A stretch of 16,093 nucleotides of DNA from Archangiaceae bacterium (GCA_043750125.1 JAYVCD010000335.1:1-16093), one strand, 5' to 3'. Shown: positions 1 through 8,584, numbered from the stretch's first letter. Notes: generated from the sequence alone by a model not told the origin. Program-made: numbers and translations.

Positions 1-94
1 GACAAGAACTCAAGAAGCGGTAGTCTGATTGTTCAACTTGGGGTGGATCAGTTTCACGCCGCCCAGGTGGATCAGTTTCAGAGCGGCCGGATCA
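1..94 (+). mobile_element. Right end (terminal inverted repeat region) of an IS21-family insertion sequence; 1-23 is probably the istB 3' tail (..QELKKR*)
   Basis: GGTGGATCAGTTTCA occurs at 42-56 and 66-80 (24-bp period), and the element ends in ...GGATCA at 94. Read on the minus strand it is TGATCCGGCCGCTCTGAAACTGATCCACC..GGCGGCGTGAAACTGATCCACC, the typical IS21 end (TG terminus plus tandem transposase-binding repeats). A TAG stop lies at 21-23. Confidence 0.8.
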
Positions 95-462
95 GCCCCC
101 TTGTCGAAGGACTCCCCGTCGGGGAAAGCGATCGTAAACCCCACCACCGTCGCTACCCTTTTGATCGCAGCCCGCACCGCATTGAGCCGAACCGTGTTTC
201 GGCCGCGTCCAGCCGGTACCGCTGGCACAACAAAATCAGCGTCCTCCGACATTCTGAAAAACCCGAGGTCCGCCTTGCTCAAAAGCGTTCCGCCTTTGAG
301 GAGCAGCTCATTGCCGCGGTCGTCGCCCAGGGCCCATAGCAATCGCGTGAGATAAAAGTCCTTCTCGACCAGGTCTGGTCCGACGCCCGCGATGACACCC
401 GCTTCACTGCAGATGTCAGTGAGCAGTTGGCGATCTGGAAGCGGCGGCAAGGCGATTGTCAC
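95..462 (-). pseudogene. abiEii: AbiEii/DUF1814-family nucleotidyltransferase toxin, N-terminal part, interrupted by the IS21 element
   Basis: Motifs VEKDFYLTRLL, LLLKGGTLLSK and RMSEDADF are typical of AbiEii toxins. The GTG start overlaps the antitoxin stop (GTGA at 459-462). After ..SFDKGA the frame runs into the IS end (DPAALKLIHLGGVKLIHP.., stop at 10-12). Confidence 0.85.
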
Positions 463-1274
463 TTGTCATTCTCGACTACGTTCCATCGATTATTGAGCGT
501 TCCTTTTCGTTCACCGCCCGCGATCATCGAGAGCACCGACTTAGTTCCCGCGGCCTTTTTCTTGAGTCGGCTAAGCGAGCGCGCCGACGAACCTGAACGC
601 TCAAGCAAGACACCCACCCGTTGGCAAGTGCTCAGCCGTCCCGCGCGAATCGCGTAGTCGACAAGGCGTTTGCGATTGGCCCGCGGCAGACCCTCTTTGA
701 AGAACACCAAGGAGCGCCTGATACCGCCAGCCAGTCGAGGATAATCGAGGATGTCGAGCAACGTCCGCTCGAGGTCGCTGATGTTGATGTTGATGTTTTC
801 GATGACCTTCTTGTCGATGCCCCAGGTCATCCGATCTCGATCAACAACATGGAAGATCAGCTTCGCTGCACCGAGCTGGCGAGTTGGACGAGATCGGGCC
901 ACGAAGGCGTCGAGCACAGAGCCGAAACGCTGTGTCGACAGGCCATGGTGACTCAGTGCCCAAAGCCCGCCGAGATAATAGGGCTCTCGTTGCAACAGCT
1001 CCGCTGCGAGCGTCGGCGGGGTTGGTGACGTCCGACGGAGCAGCAATCGAAACGGTCGAACGAGATAAATCCCCTTCTCGAGGCGCTCTAAGACTCTTTT
1101 GCGAGTCAACGATTTGACGATGTCTTTCGCTACCTTGGGGCCTACTCGAGACCTGATCTCTTGCAAGGTGACGACGGTGCGCCTCTCGCGTTCCCACTCC
1201 GAGAAGAGCGCTACTTCTCGCCTTGAGAGGGCCGTGCTGTAGATTGCTAGCGATTTGGGGGTGATATCTTCCAC
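459..1274 (-). CDS. abiEi: Type IV toxin-antitoxin system AbiEi-family antitoxin / transcriptional regulator
   Basis: 271-aa ORF with an N-terminal wHTH (LTRKRVLERLEKGIYLV), PYYLGGLWALSHHGLSTQ, and ISDLERTLLDILDYPRLAGG. It is translationally coupled to the downstream toxin gene. Confidence 0.9.
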   Translation of the reverse strand: MEDITPKSLAIYSTALSRREVALFSEWERERRTVVTLQEIRSRVGPKVAKDIVKSLTRKRVLERLEKGIYLVRPFRLLLRRTSPTPPTLAAELLQREPYYLGGLWALSHHGLSTQRFGSVLDAFVARSRPTRQLGAAKLIFHVVDRDRMTWGIDKKVIENININISDLERTLLDILDYPRLAGGIRRSLVFFKEGLPRANRKRLVDYAIRAGRLSTCQRVGVLLERSGSSARSLSRLKKKAAGTKSVLSMIAGGERKGTLNNRWNVVENDK

Positions 1275-1275
1275 T

Positions 1276-1303
1276 TTGAGATGGGTAATCTACAGCATCT
1301 CAA
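1276..1303. promoter_or_regulatory. Inverted repeat immediately upstream of abiEi, candidate autorepression operator overlapping a -10-like TAGATT
   Basis: TTGAGATG (1276-1283), 12-bp spacer, CATCTCAA (1296-1303). AbiEi proteins are known to bind inverted repeats in their own promoter. Confidence 0.55.
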
Positions 1304-1459
1304 CGGCCTGCCGCCCTGGAGGCCTCAAAGAGGAAGTCGCACCGCACGCAAGTGTTCGGACATAGGTGATTTTCGTGATTGACATCCGGTTCTCAAGCGA
1401 AAGTAAGAGCCCGCTCGGACGCAGACCAATCACGTCGCGTCCCGGTTGAATGCCTGCTG

Positions 1460-1498
1460 AAAAGTCTAAAGCCCCCTCGGTAACGACCGAGAGGGCTT
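1460..1498 (-). terminator. Rho-independent terminator-like hairpin (minus strand)
   Basis: The minus strand reads AAGCCCTCTCGGT-CGTT-ACCGAGGGGGCTT followed by TAGACTTTT. This is a 13-bp stem whose single mismatch becomes a U-G wobble only on this strand. Confidence 0.6.
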
Positions 1499-1510
1499 CA
1501 GGTTCCAGCA

Positions 1511-1527
1511 GTTGCGGGGGCGCGATT
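1511..1527 (-). other. tRNA-fMet 3'-end-like fragment, candidate att junction of an integrated element
   Basis: Minus strand AATCGCGCCCCCGCAAC versus the initiator tRNA 3' end AAATCCGGCCCCCGCAACCA. It lies directly upstream of a terminator hairpin, and no complete tRNA is present. Confidence 0.45.
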
Positions 1528-2044
1528 AAGCGATTTCCGAGTACTCGTCCCATTTCGGGGGCTGATTCCGCTTGGGATGCCACCAGGCGCCGAAATCTGA
1601 AGCAAGCTGCGCACAGGACCCGCAGTTTGACCAAGCCACTACCTGAAGCGTCTGCCCCATAAGTTCCGACGTCACTCAAGCCACCTCCAATAAGCCCTAC
1701 GCGTTTCACCCCTGGCGCGCGAAATTTGGCGCCTTGCGGCTAGCCGCGGTATCGAGCAACCAGCGCATCAGCGCAGCGCTTGCAGTCGACTTCGAAACCA
1801 CCAACTCGAGGTCGGCTCCAGCGTTGTCTCGAGCAAGCTCTGAGAGGGTGACAGTCAGAGGGGACTGCGGCCCATCGTGGTGGAGAGGAGGCTTTTTCCC
1901 CTCGGTGGCACAACCTGAGAACACTGCCAGAGCGGCGCGGACGAACAGGGATTTTCTTCAGTGCCGCAGCGAAGGAGCGTCGAGCATGGACCGCACTGTG
2001 AGCAAGCTGTTCACCCTGAGGTTGGTTGTGGGCCAGGGAAGGTC

Positions 2045-2082
2045 TGACCTCAACGGTACACGCGGCTGTACCAATCGGTTCA
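2045..2082. promoter_or_regulatory. Tandem enhancer (UAS) boxes for a sigma54 activator, copy A
   Basis: TGACCTCAACGGTACA (2045-2060) and TGTACCAATCGGTTCA (2067-2082), 22 bp apart. The same motif and spacing occur at 8507-8544 and 13014-13051. Confidence 0.75.
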
Positions 2083-2135
2083 CCGCGCGACCCCTGATCG
2101 CGGGTGCAGATCCGGTTCTCCCTCGGTGGGAAGCG

Positions 2136-2151
2136 TGGCTTGAAGGTTGCT
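2136..2151 (+). promoter_or_regulatory. sigma54 (-24/-12) promoter of the giant lipoprotein operon
   Basis: TGGCTTGAAGGTTGCT = GG(2137-38)-N10-GC(2149-50), followed by RBS AAGGAG (2165-2170) and ATG at 2179. Confidence 0.75.
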
Positions 2152-2178
2152 CAAGCTGCCGACCAAGGAGATTTCTCG

Positions 2179-5100
2179 ATGCGCGTGTTGGAAAAATTCG
2201 GGGTCACAGCACTGGTGGTGATTTCAGCATCGTGCTCGAAGAAGCTCGACGGGCCAACTCCTTCGGTGAACGGGGTCTCTCCTCCGGCGATTTGCCAGGT
2301 CCAGCTCACCTCCACGGTCGAGCTGTCGGGCGCCGGGCTCTCGCCGCTCCTCACCGGGGCGTTGAAGAACTCGCAGCTCGAGCTGCCGACGGTGTCGCTG
2401 GTTCGCGCACAGGACCTCACTGGCGCCGCCACCACCGATGCGGCGGTCTTCGTTCCCGATGACCCCCTCGCACCCGAGAAGAGCAAGGTCCGCTGGTTGA
2501 GCCAGGAGAAGATGAGCCTCCAGCTCGAGCCAGCCCTTGCGCTGGTGCCGGGCCTTTACGACATCAACGTCGCCAACCCGAACGGCAAGACCGGTACTTT
2601 CGCGGCGAGCCTGTTGGCGGTCCCTCCCCCGAGCCTCACCAAAATCTCGCCTGACATCCTCTGCGGGGACAAAGACAACCTCGTCGAACTCACCGGCGAC
2701 TTCTTCATCAAGGGCAGCGGCTCCCAGCCGATGGTGAGCTTTGACGACAAGCAGCTGATGCCCGCCTCGATGTCTGACTGCCGCACGCTTCCGGGGACCG
2801 CCGGGCTTCAGGCCTGCAAGACGCTCACGGTTTCGGTGCCCAGCAAGACCCTGGCGTTCGGCGCGCACGCAGTGTCGGTGGTCAATCCCGCTCCGGTCGG
2901 TTGCGCTTCGACCGAGAAGGTGACGCTCACGCTGACCCCTGAGCCGACGCTAAGCAGCGTGGTGCCCGACCTCGTCTGCACCGCCGAGGCGGACACCACG
3001 CTCACCGTCACCGGCACCGGCTTTCTGACCATCGACGGGGTGATGCCGAAGCTCACCTTGAGCGGGGGCAGCACGACGACGTTGCCTGCCACCGCAAGCA
3101 ACTGCTCCCCCGTGCCGGGTCCGCTCGAGACGGTGCAGACCTGCACCACCCTGATCGTCACGCTGCCGAAGAGCGCGCTGTCCGCTGGCGCTTTTCTCGC
3201 AACCGTAGGCAACCCCGCGCCCGCCGACTGCTCGACGCGCGAGACGATCAAATTTCAGGTCGTCGCACCCCCGACGGTGGTTTCGGTCCTGCCCGACATT
3301 GCCTGCGCGGAAGAAGGCATCGTCAACGTCACCCTCACCGGGAGCGGGTTTCTGACCATCGGGGGCGCTGTCCCTTCCGTCTCGGTCGGCACCCTGGTGC
3401 TGGTGCCGTCGGCTTCGGGCTGTACTGCGCTCACGGGGAGCACCCAATTGGCGCAGACCTGCACCAGCCTCTCGGTCAGCGTGCCTCAGGCAACCGCCGC
3501 CGGCGTCTACCCGGTGACGGTCAAGAACCCTGCGCCCGCTGGGTGCTCGAGCGGGTCGTCGATCTCATTGACCCTCTTTGGAAAGCCGCAAATTGTCTCG
3601 GTCGCTCCACTCGCGGTCTGCACCCAGTCGGCGGATAAAACCGTGCTGATCACCGGTTCCGGCTTCGTCACGGTCGGCGCGGCGGTGCCGACGGTGAAAG
3701 TCGGCGGGCTCACTTACGTTCCGACTGCGGGAGGCTGTACTCCCGTGACTGGCGCCACCGAGGTGGTCCAGGTCTGCACGTCGCTGACCGTCAGCATTGC
3801 CACCGGAACCCAGCCCGTCGGTACCCAGCCGGTGGTGGTCACCAACCCCGTGCCGGTGGGCTGCTCGTCGGTCGGAACCGGGAGCTTGAAAATTACGCCG
3901 CCTCCGACGTTGACCAGCGCGGCGCCGACGACTCTTTGCCGTGGCGGTGGAACGTTGAGCCTTGCTGGAACCAACTTCGCCGCCGGAGCCACTGTGAAGT
4001 TGGGAACAGTCAACGCCACATCGGTGACGGTGACGAATGCCACGACGGCGATCGCCAACCTCCCCGGCGGCTTGCCCACCGGAACCTTCCAGGTCGCGCT
4101 GTCGAATGCCGACGGTTGTGCCGCGACCCTCGCAACCAGCGTCACGGTCATCCCCGGCCCGGCGATCTTCTTCGTCGACCCGAGCGTCGTCTACAACGGC
4201 ATCAGCGTGCAGGGCGCCGTGTACGGCACCGGCTTCACCGGCGCGGTGCAGTCGGTCTCCCTGATTCCCTCTGGGGGCGGAACCTCAATTCCGCTCACCT
4301 TCACCGTCAATGCGGGCCTGCCCAACCAGGTTCAGGTGATTGTCCCGAAGGCGATCGCGGCTGGCGTCTATGACATGCAGTTACAAGACACCACCACCTG
4401 CGGCGCCCGCCTCGCCAATGCGGTGACGGTGGTCAGCACGACCACGCTTGTCCTGGGAACTCCTCCGATCGTCCCTGCTTTTGGGTGGACCAGTCAGAGC
4501 ACGGGGGTGACCATCCTTGCGGCCGCAGCGGCCACCGGATTTGTTGCGGTCCCGCGGGTCTACTTGAACCCCAGCACGCCTGGGCCGACGAGCGTGGCGA
4601 CCGTGCTCGGTGCGGTCTCTTTCAACGACGCGACCCACTTGAGCGCGGTGGTGCGCTCGGGCCTCCCGGTCGACACCTACGATTTGATCGTGGTCAACCC
4701 CGACGGAAAGGTGGGGTACGCGCCCTCCGCGTACCGGGTGACCGCGCTGAAGCCTCCGACGATCAGCGATCTGTCGCCAGGCTCGGTAACGAATACCAAC
4801 CCCCAGTCCTTCGACGTCGTCGGCGCCGACTTTCGCACCCCATCGGTGACGCTCAGTTGTGTCGACAGCGCCGGCGTGCCGCTGGCAGTGAATCCGTCGG
4901 CCACACTCAGCAGCCCGTCGGCGACGAAGGTGACGGTGACCTTCAACGCCTCGCTTGCCGGAGCGGCATGCGTCGTGCGCCTCACCGATGGCGACAACAA
5001 CACCTTCGCTGACTTCGCGGCGCTGGTGATCACCAACCCAGCGGGAAACCTCTCTACTGCGACCGCAGGCCCGAGCCTGATCACCGCCCGCCGCGCGCCG

Positions 5101-6459
5101 GCGGTTCTGGGAGGCGATGCCACCAGTGCTGCGCGCTTCCTTCACGTGATCGCGGGTGACGACGGCGCCACCACCGCGTTCGATGCGGTCGAGAGCTCGT
5201 CGCTCTCGCTGCTCGGGATTCCTTCTGCATTCTTCATTCAGCGCACCCGGCTCACCCAGGCCCGCGCTTTCGCCGGTGGGGTGCGAATCGGGCGCTGGCT
5301 GTACGTCGCGGGTGGTTCAGCCGCTGGCGTCGCGAAGAATACGGCAGAGCGGGCGATCGTTCTCAACCCGGATCAGCGTGAAGAAATCGCCGACCTGAAC
5401 CTGGACATCAGCGAGGTGGGTGGCGTCGGTCCGGGCCTCTGGTACTACCGGGTTGCAGCGGTGATGAACGCCAGTGATCCGTTCAACCCCGGCGGTGAGA
5501 ACCTCGCGGCGGATCCGTTCCCGGTCCAGCTGCCCACCCTCATCGGGCAGAAGGTGAACGTGACGGTGAAGTGGAAGAGTGATCCAAACGCGGCGAAATA
5601 CCGCGTCTACCGCAGCCCGTTGGCGGGAGCGACCGTCGGCACCGAGCAGGTCATTGGCGAAGTAACAGCGCCGCTCACCAGCTTCCAGGACACCGGGCTG
5701 ACGCCGATCAACCCTGAGAACCCGCTACCCATCGGCTCGTTGGGCAAATGGCAGTTGCTCAGCCCGACCCTGGCGCTCGCCCGGGAAGGAGCAGGAGTTG
5801 CCTGGGGGCTCGACCCGGTGACGGCGACCAAAGCGTACCTCTACGTCCTCGGCGGCCGGCAGAACGTGACCACCGTCAGCAAGACCTACGAGTTCATCGA
5901 CATCACCCTCAACCCCGATGGCTCGCAGACGGTGGGCCCGGTTTTCACCACCGGCACCACCCAGCTGGCAGCCGCCCGATGGCAGCTGTCCGCCAGCCGA
6001 GCGGGCCACGACCTGTCGTCGAGGATTCCCGCAGGTCAGACTTACATCTATGCCCAGAGCGGAACAGCGGCCGACGGGACCAATGTCATCAACAACACAG
6101 AGGCGGCCCTGGTCGCGGCAGGGGGGCAGCTGGGGACATTTATCGCGCTGCCGACCAGTCAAAGTCGTGCCGGGTACGTGAGCATCGTCGCCGGCAACTT
6201 TGTCTTCGGCTTTGGAGGGAGCAACGCAATGCCCGACACCAGTATTCGCGGTGGGGAAATCTGCGGGCCAGGCGTTAACGGCTGCAACACCAACCCGACT
6301 CCGCCCTTCGTGATCAACTTCAACGCGGGCCAGACGATGCTGATGCCGCGCTACCTGACGGCAGGCACCCTCTCCGGTGCGTACATCTACGTCGCCGGCG
6401 GGGTGACGACCGCCAGCCCGCTCACCCTCACCAAAACCACCGAATACCGCCTCTGGTAG
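2179..6459 (+). CDS. Large surface lipoprotein (1426 aa): about 9 IPT/TIG Ig-like domains followed by a Kelch beta-propeller with an FN3-like insertion; putative adhesin
   Basis: Starts at ATG 2179 after AAGGAG. Signal peptide MRVLEKFGVTALVVISAS-C has a lipobox. Repeated P-x-(L/I/V)-xx-V-x-P...LTGxGF...VxVxNP units. Six Kelch-like blades (e.g. ARAFAGGVRIGRWLYVAGG, AREGAG..YLYVLGG, PRYLTAGTLSGAYIYVAGG). YYRVAAV/VKW..AAKYRVYRS..SFQDTG forms the insert. Confidence 0.88.
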   Translation: MRVLEKFGVTALVVISASCSKKLDGPTPSVNGVSPPAICQVQLTSTVELSGAGLSPLLTGALKNSQLELPTVSLVRAQDLTGAATTDAAVFVPDDPLAPEKSKVRWLSQEKMSLQLEPALALVPGLYDINVANPNGKTGTFAASLLAVPPPSLTKISPDILCGDKDNLVELTGDFFIKGSGSQPMVSFDDKQLMPASMSDCRTLPGTAGLQACKTLTVSVPSKTLAFGAHAVSVVNPAPVGCASTEKVTLTLTPEPTLSSVVPDLVCTAEADTTLTVTGTGFLTIDGVMPKLTLSGGSTTTLPATASNCSPVPGPLETVQTCTTLIVTLPKSALSAGAFLATVGNPAPADCSTRETIKFQVVAPPTVVSVLPDIACAEEGIVNVTLTGSGFLTIGGAVPSVSVGTLVLVPSASGCTALTGSTQLAQTCTSLSVSVPQATAAGVYPVTVKNPAPAGCSSGSSISLTLFGKPQIVSVAPLAVCTQSADKTVLITGSGFVTVGAAVPTVKVGGLTYVPTAGGCTPVTGATEVVQVCTSLTVSIATGTQPVGTQPVVVTNPVPVGCSSVGTGSLKITPPPTLTSAAPTTLCRGGGTLSLAGTNFAAGATVKLGTVNATSVTVTNATTAIANLPGGLPTGTFQVALSNADGCAATLATSVTVIPGPAIFFVDPSVVYNGISVQGAVYGTGFTGAVQSVSLIPSGGGTSIPLTFTVNAGLPNQVQVIVPKAIAAGVYDMQLQDTTTCGARLANAVTVVSTTTLVLGTPPIVPAFGWTSQSTGVTILAAAAATGFVAVPRVYLNPSTPGPTSVATVLGAVSFNDATHLSAVVRSGLPVDTYDLIVVNPDGKVGYAPSAYRVTALKPPTISDLSPGSVTNTNPQSFDVVGADFRTPSVTLSCVDSAGVPLAVNPSATLSSPSATKVTVTFNASLAGAACVVRLTDGDNNTFADFAALVITNPAGNLSTATAGPSLITARRAPAVLGGDATSAARFLHVIAGDDGATTAFDAVESSSLSLLGIPSAFFIQRTRLTQARAFAGGVRIGRWLYVAGGSAAGVAKNTAERAIVLNPDQREEIADLNLDISEVGGVGPGLWYYRVAAVMNASDPFNPGGENLAADPFPVQLPTLIGQKVNVTVKWKSDPNAAKYRVYRSPLAGATVGTEQVIGEVTAPLTSFQDTGLTPINPENPLPIGSLGKWQLLSPTLALAREGAGVAWGLDPVTATKAYLYVLGGRQNVTTVSKTYEFIDITLNPDGSQTVGPVFTTGTTQLAAARWQLSASRAGHDLSSRIPAGQTYIYAQSGTAADGTNVINNTEAALVAAGGQLGTFIALPTSQSRAGYVSIVAGNFVFGFGGSNAMPDTSIRGGEICGPGVNGCNTNPTPPFVINFNAGQTMLMPRYLTAGTLSGAYIYVAGGVTTASPLTLTKTTEYRLW

Positions 6460-6478
6460 CAGCGAAGGAGACCACCAC

Positions 6479-7132
6479 TTGAAATCACCATTCGCCGCAA
6501 TGCTGTTGCTCGCAGGGCTTGCCACCGCGCAGGAGAGCGTCACAGCCCCTGCTGAGACTCCACTCCCCGTCCAGGCCAAAGCCCCCTCGTTGGAAATCTC
6601 GCTCAAGGCCGGGGGTCACTTCCCACAGGTTCTGAGCAAGCTCGGACTGAGCTTCGATACGTCGATCAACGTCGGGTTCGCGCCGTTCAGTGGCCACCAG
6701 CTCCAGTTTTTCATTGGGCTGGGTTACAGCCAGCCTGGGCAGACGGTCGCAGCCAGCGACTCTCGGCTCGGAGCTTCCGGCTCCGATTACACCTCGACGA
6801 TGGTGATGAGGGATCTGTCGACCTCGTTGGGGACAAAGTACTTCTTCGTTCCCCCCAGCCACTTCCTCGTGCCGTACGCCGGCCTCGGTCTTCGCGTTCA
6901 TTTCCTTCGCGCCGACGTGCAGGGAACCGGAGGGGCTGACTTCGGCAAGTACAGGGAGACGGACACCCGCTTCGGGGGCCTGGTCTTCGCGGGCGCCGGG
7001 CTGCACCTGGGCCCCGGGTTGCTGCTGGCAGAGTTGACGTTCGACTATTCGCCGATCGGCCAGCGCGTCACCGGCGAGGCGAACGTCGGTGCCCTCGCGG
7101 TGGTGCTGGGGTACGGGCTGTTGTTGTTTTGA
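6479..7132 (+). CDS. Outer-membrane beta-barrel protein (OmpW/OmpA-TM-like, about 8 strands)
   Basis: TTG start after GAAGGAG (6464-6470). Signal peptide ending ATA. Alternating amphipathic strands (LVPYAGLGLRVHF, FGGLVFAGAGLHL, LLLAELTFDY) and C-terminal VVLGYGLLLF. Lies 19 bp after the lipoprotein stop. Confidence 0.8.
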   Translation: MKSPFAAMLLLAGLATAQESVTAPAETPLPVQAKAPSLEISLKAGGHFPQVLSKLGLSFDTSINVGFAPFSGHQLQFFIGLGYSQPGQTVAASDSRLGASGSDYTSTMVMRDLSTSLGTKYFFVPPSHFLVPYAGLGLRVHFLRADVQGTGGADFGKYRETDTRFGGLVFAGAGLHLGPGLLLAELTFDYSPIGQRVTGEANVGALAVVLGYGLLLF

Positions 7133-7142
7133 CCCTGGCGAT

Positions 7143-8477
7143 CTACGTCTCTTCGTCCGGCGCACCCAGGCTGGCCAGGCGGGAATAGAGCGTTCGTCGG
7201 GTGACCCCCAACAGCCGCGCGGCGGCGCTCTTGTTTCCTCCGGCTCGCGAGAGGGCGGCCGCTACCAAATCGCGTTCGAACGCCTCGAGGTTGAAGCCCT
7301 CTACCAGCAGTGCATCGGCGGTTGGGCCCGAGCGGGTCTGAGGCGCGGGCTCGATCCAGGCTTTCCCGACCGGCTCTTCTCCTGCCAGCAACAATGCCCG
7401 CTCGAGGGTGTTGAACAGCTCGCGCACGTTTCCGGGCCAGGACAGCCCGGCGAGGCGTTCGCGCGCTTCGACGGTCACCTTCTCGAGCGGAAGCCCCCGC
7501 GCTTCGAGGAAGGAGTTGATCAAGGCGGCGATGTCTTCGCGGCGCCCACGCAGCGCGGGGACGGTGAGTCCGAAGACGTTGAGGCGGTAGAAAAAATCCT
7601 CCCGAAACGCGCCCGCTTTCACCGCCGCGGTCAGATCCCGGTTGGTGGCCGCGACGATCCGAACATTGACCTTGCGGGTTTCGGAGCTCCCCAGCGGCGA
7701 GAACTCCCTTTCTTGAAGAAAGCGAAGCAGCTTCACTTGGGTCGAAAGGGACAGCTCGCCAATCTCGTCAAGAAACAACGTGCCGCCGTCGGCGCCCTCG
7801 AGGTGGCCGGTCCGCGCCCGGTCTGCGCCGGTGAAAGCTCCCCGGACGTGGCCGAACAATTCGCTCTCGAGCAGTGACTCGGGCAGCGCCGAGCAATGTA
7901 ACTCGACCAGCGGCCCCCCGGCCCTCGGGCTGCTGAAGTGGATGAAGCGCGCGAGCTGGCTCTTGCCGGTGCCGCTCTCTCCGAGAAGGAGCACCGACGC
8001 CTCGGTCGCTGCGGCCTTTCTGGCTGCAACGAGCACCGCGCCCATCGCCGGACTCCTGGCCACCAGCGTCGGCGCGAGCCGTTCGAGCAGTTGGGCGTTG
8101 ACCTTCTGCGCACGGCGCTGATCGGCGAGCCTAGCGACCCTCAGCCGCAGCTCATCAAAGGAGAAGGGCTTGATCAGGTAGTCGGCCGCTCCGGCCTTCA
8201 TCGCCGCGACCGCGCTCTCTGCCGAGGCGTAGGCGGTCATCAACACCACCTCGGTCGGAGGGCTCGTCGCGCGCGCCGCCGCGAGCACCTGCATCCCGTC
8301 GACTTCCGGCATCTTCAGATCGGTGACCACCATGTCCCACCCGCTGGTGGCGAGCTCCACCAGGGCTTGCCGCCCACTGCCGACGAGCTTGACCGTGTGG
8401 CCAGCGCCCGCGAGCGCCTCGGCGACCAGCTTGCCGAGCTTGGGTTCATCGTCAGCAACCAGGACGCGAATCACCAC
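7143..8477 (-). CDS. Sigma54-dependent response regulator (NtrC/AtoC family: REC + AAA+ + Fis HTH)
   Basis: VLVADDE..TDLKMPEVDG receiver domain, GESGTGKS Walker A, ESELFGH..GAFTGA, LFLDEIGE, WPGNVREL, GNKSAAARLLGVTRRTLY HTH. The start could be the second GTG at 8474. Confidence 0.96.
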   Translation of the reverse strand: MVIRVLVADDEPKLGKLVAEALAGAGHTVKLVGSGRQALVELATSGWDMVVTDLKMPEVDGMQVLAAARATSPPTEVVLMTAYASAESAVAAMKAGAADYLIKPFSFDELRLRVARLADQRRAQKVNAQLLERLAPTLVARSPAMGAVLVAARKAAATEASVLLLGESGTGKSQLARFIHFSSPRAGGPLVELHCSALPESLLESELFGHVRGAFTGADRARTGHLEGADGGTLFLDEIGELSLSTQVKLLRFLQEREFSPLGSSETRKVNVRIVAATNRDLTAAVKAGAFREDFFYRLNVFGLTVPALRGRREDIAALINSFLEARGLPLEKVTVEARERLAGLSWPGNVRELFNTLERALLLAGEEPVGKAWIEPAPQTRSGPTADALLVEGFNLEAFERDLVAAALSRAGGNKSAAARLLGVTRRTLYSRLASLGAPDEET

Positions 8478-8480
8478 CGA

Positions 8481-8486
8481 ATTCTA
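8481..8486 (-). promoter_or_regulatory. Candidate sigma70-type -10 box (TAGAAT) for a leaderless response-regulator transcript
   Basis: TAGAAT lies 6 nt before GTG 8474. No SD motif and no recognisable -35 are visible. Confidence 0.4.
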
Positions 8487-8506
8487 GCTTCGTTCCGGCG
8501 GTGAGC

Positions 8507-8544
8507 TGGCCGGTTTCGTACAGCGGGGTGTCCCGAACGGTACG
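8507..8544. promoter_or_regulatory. Tandem enhancer (UAS) boxes, copy B
   Basis: TGGCCGGTTTCGTACA (8507-8522) and TGTCCCGAACGGTACG (8529-8544), 22 bp apart. Confidence 0.7.
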
Positions 8545-8584
8545 CCCCGCGCAGGTTTGAGCCCGGCCTTCGAGGCAGCGGGCG

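Noticed and set aside
42-94. Direct repeats GGTGGATCAGTTTCA as a CRISPR array or iterons
   Set aside because: Only two full copies with a 9-bp gap, ending in CA; this fits an IS21 terminus.
10-462. Intact 150-aa toxin CDS
   Set aside because: The last ~28 codons are read from the IS end, and the protein is too short for AbiEii.
1505-1590. Complete tRNA gene
   Set aside because: Only the 3' acceptor-side sequence matches; there is no TTC-containing T-loop or cloverleaf.
1290-1709. 139-aa minus-strand ORF
   Set aside because: No recognisable motif; it runs through the hairpin, the att-like sequence and the operator.
2104-2178. Upstream start of the giant ORF (1451 aa)
   Set aside because: It overlaps the sigma54 promoter; ATG 2179 has the RBS and gives a proper lipoprotein signal.
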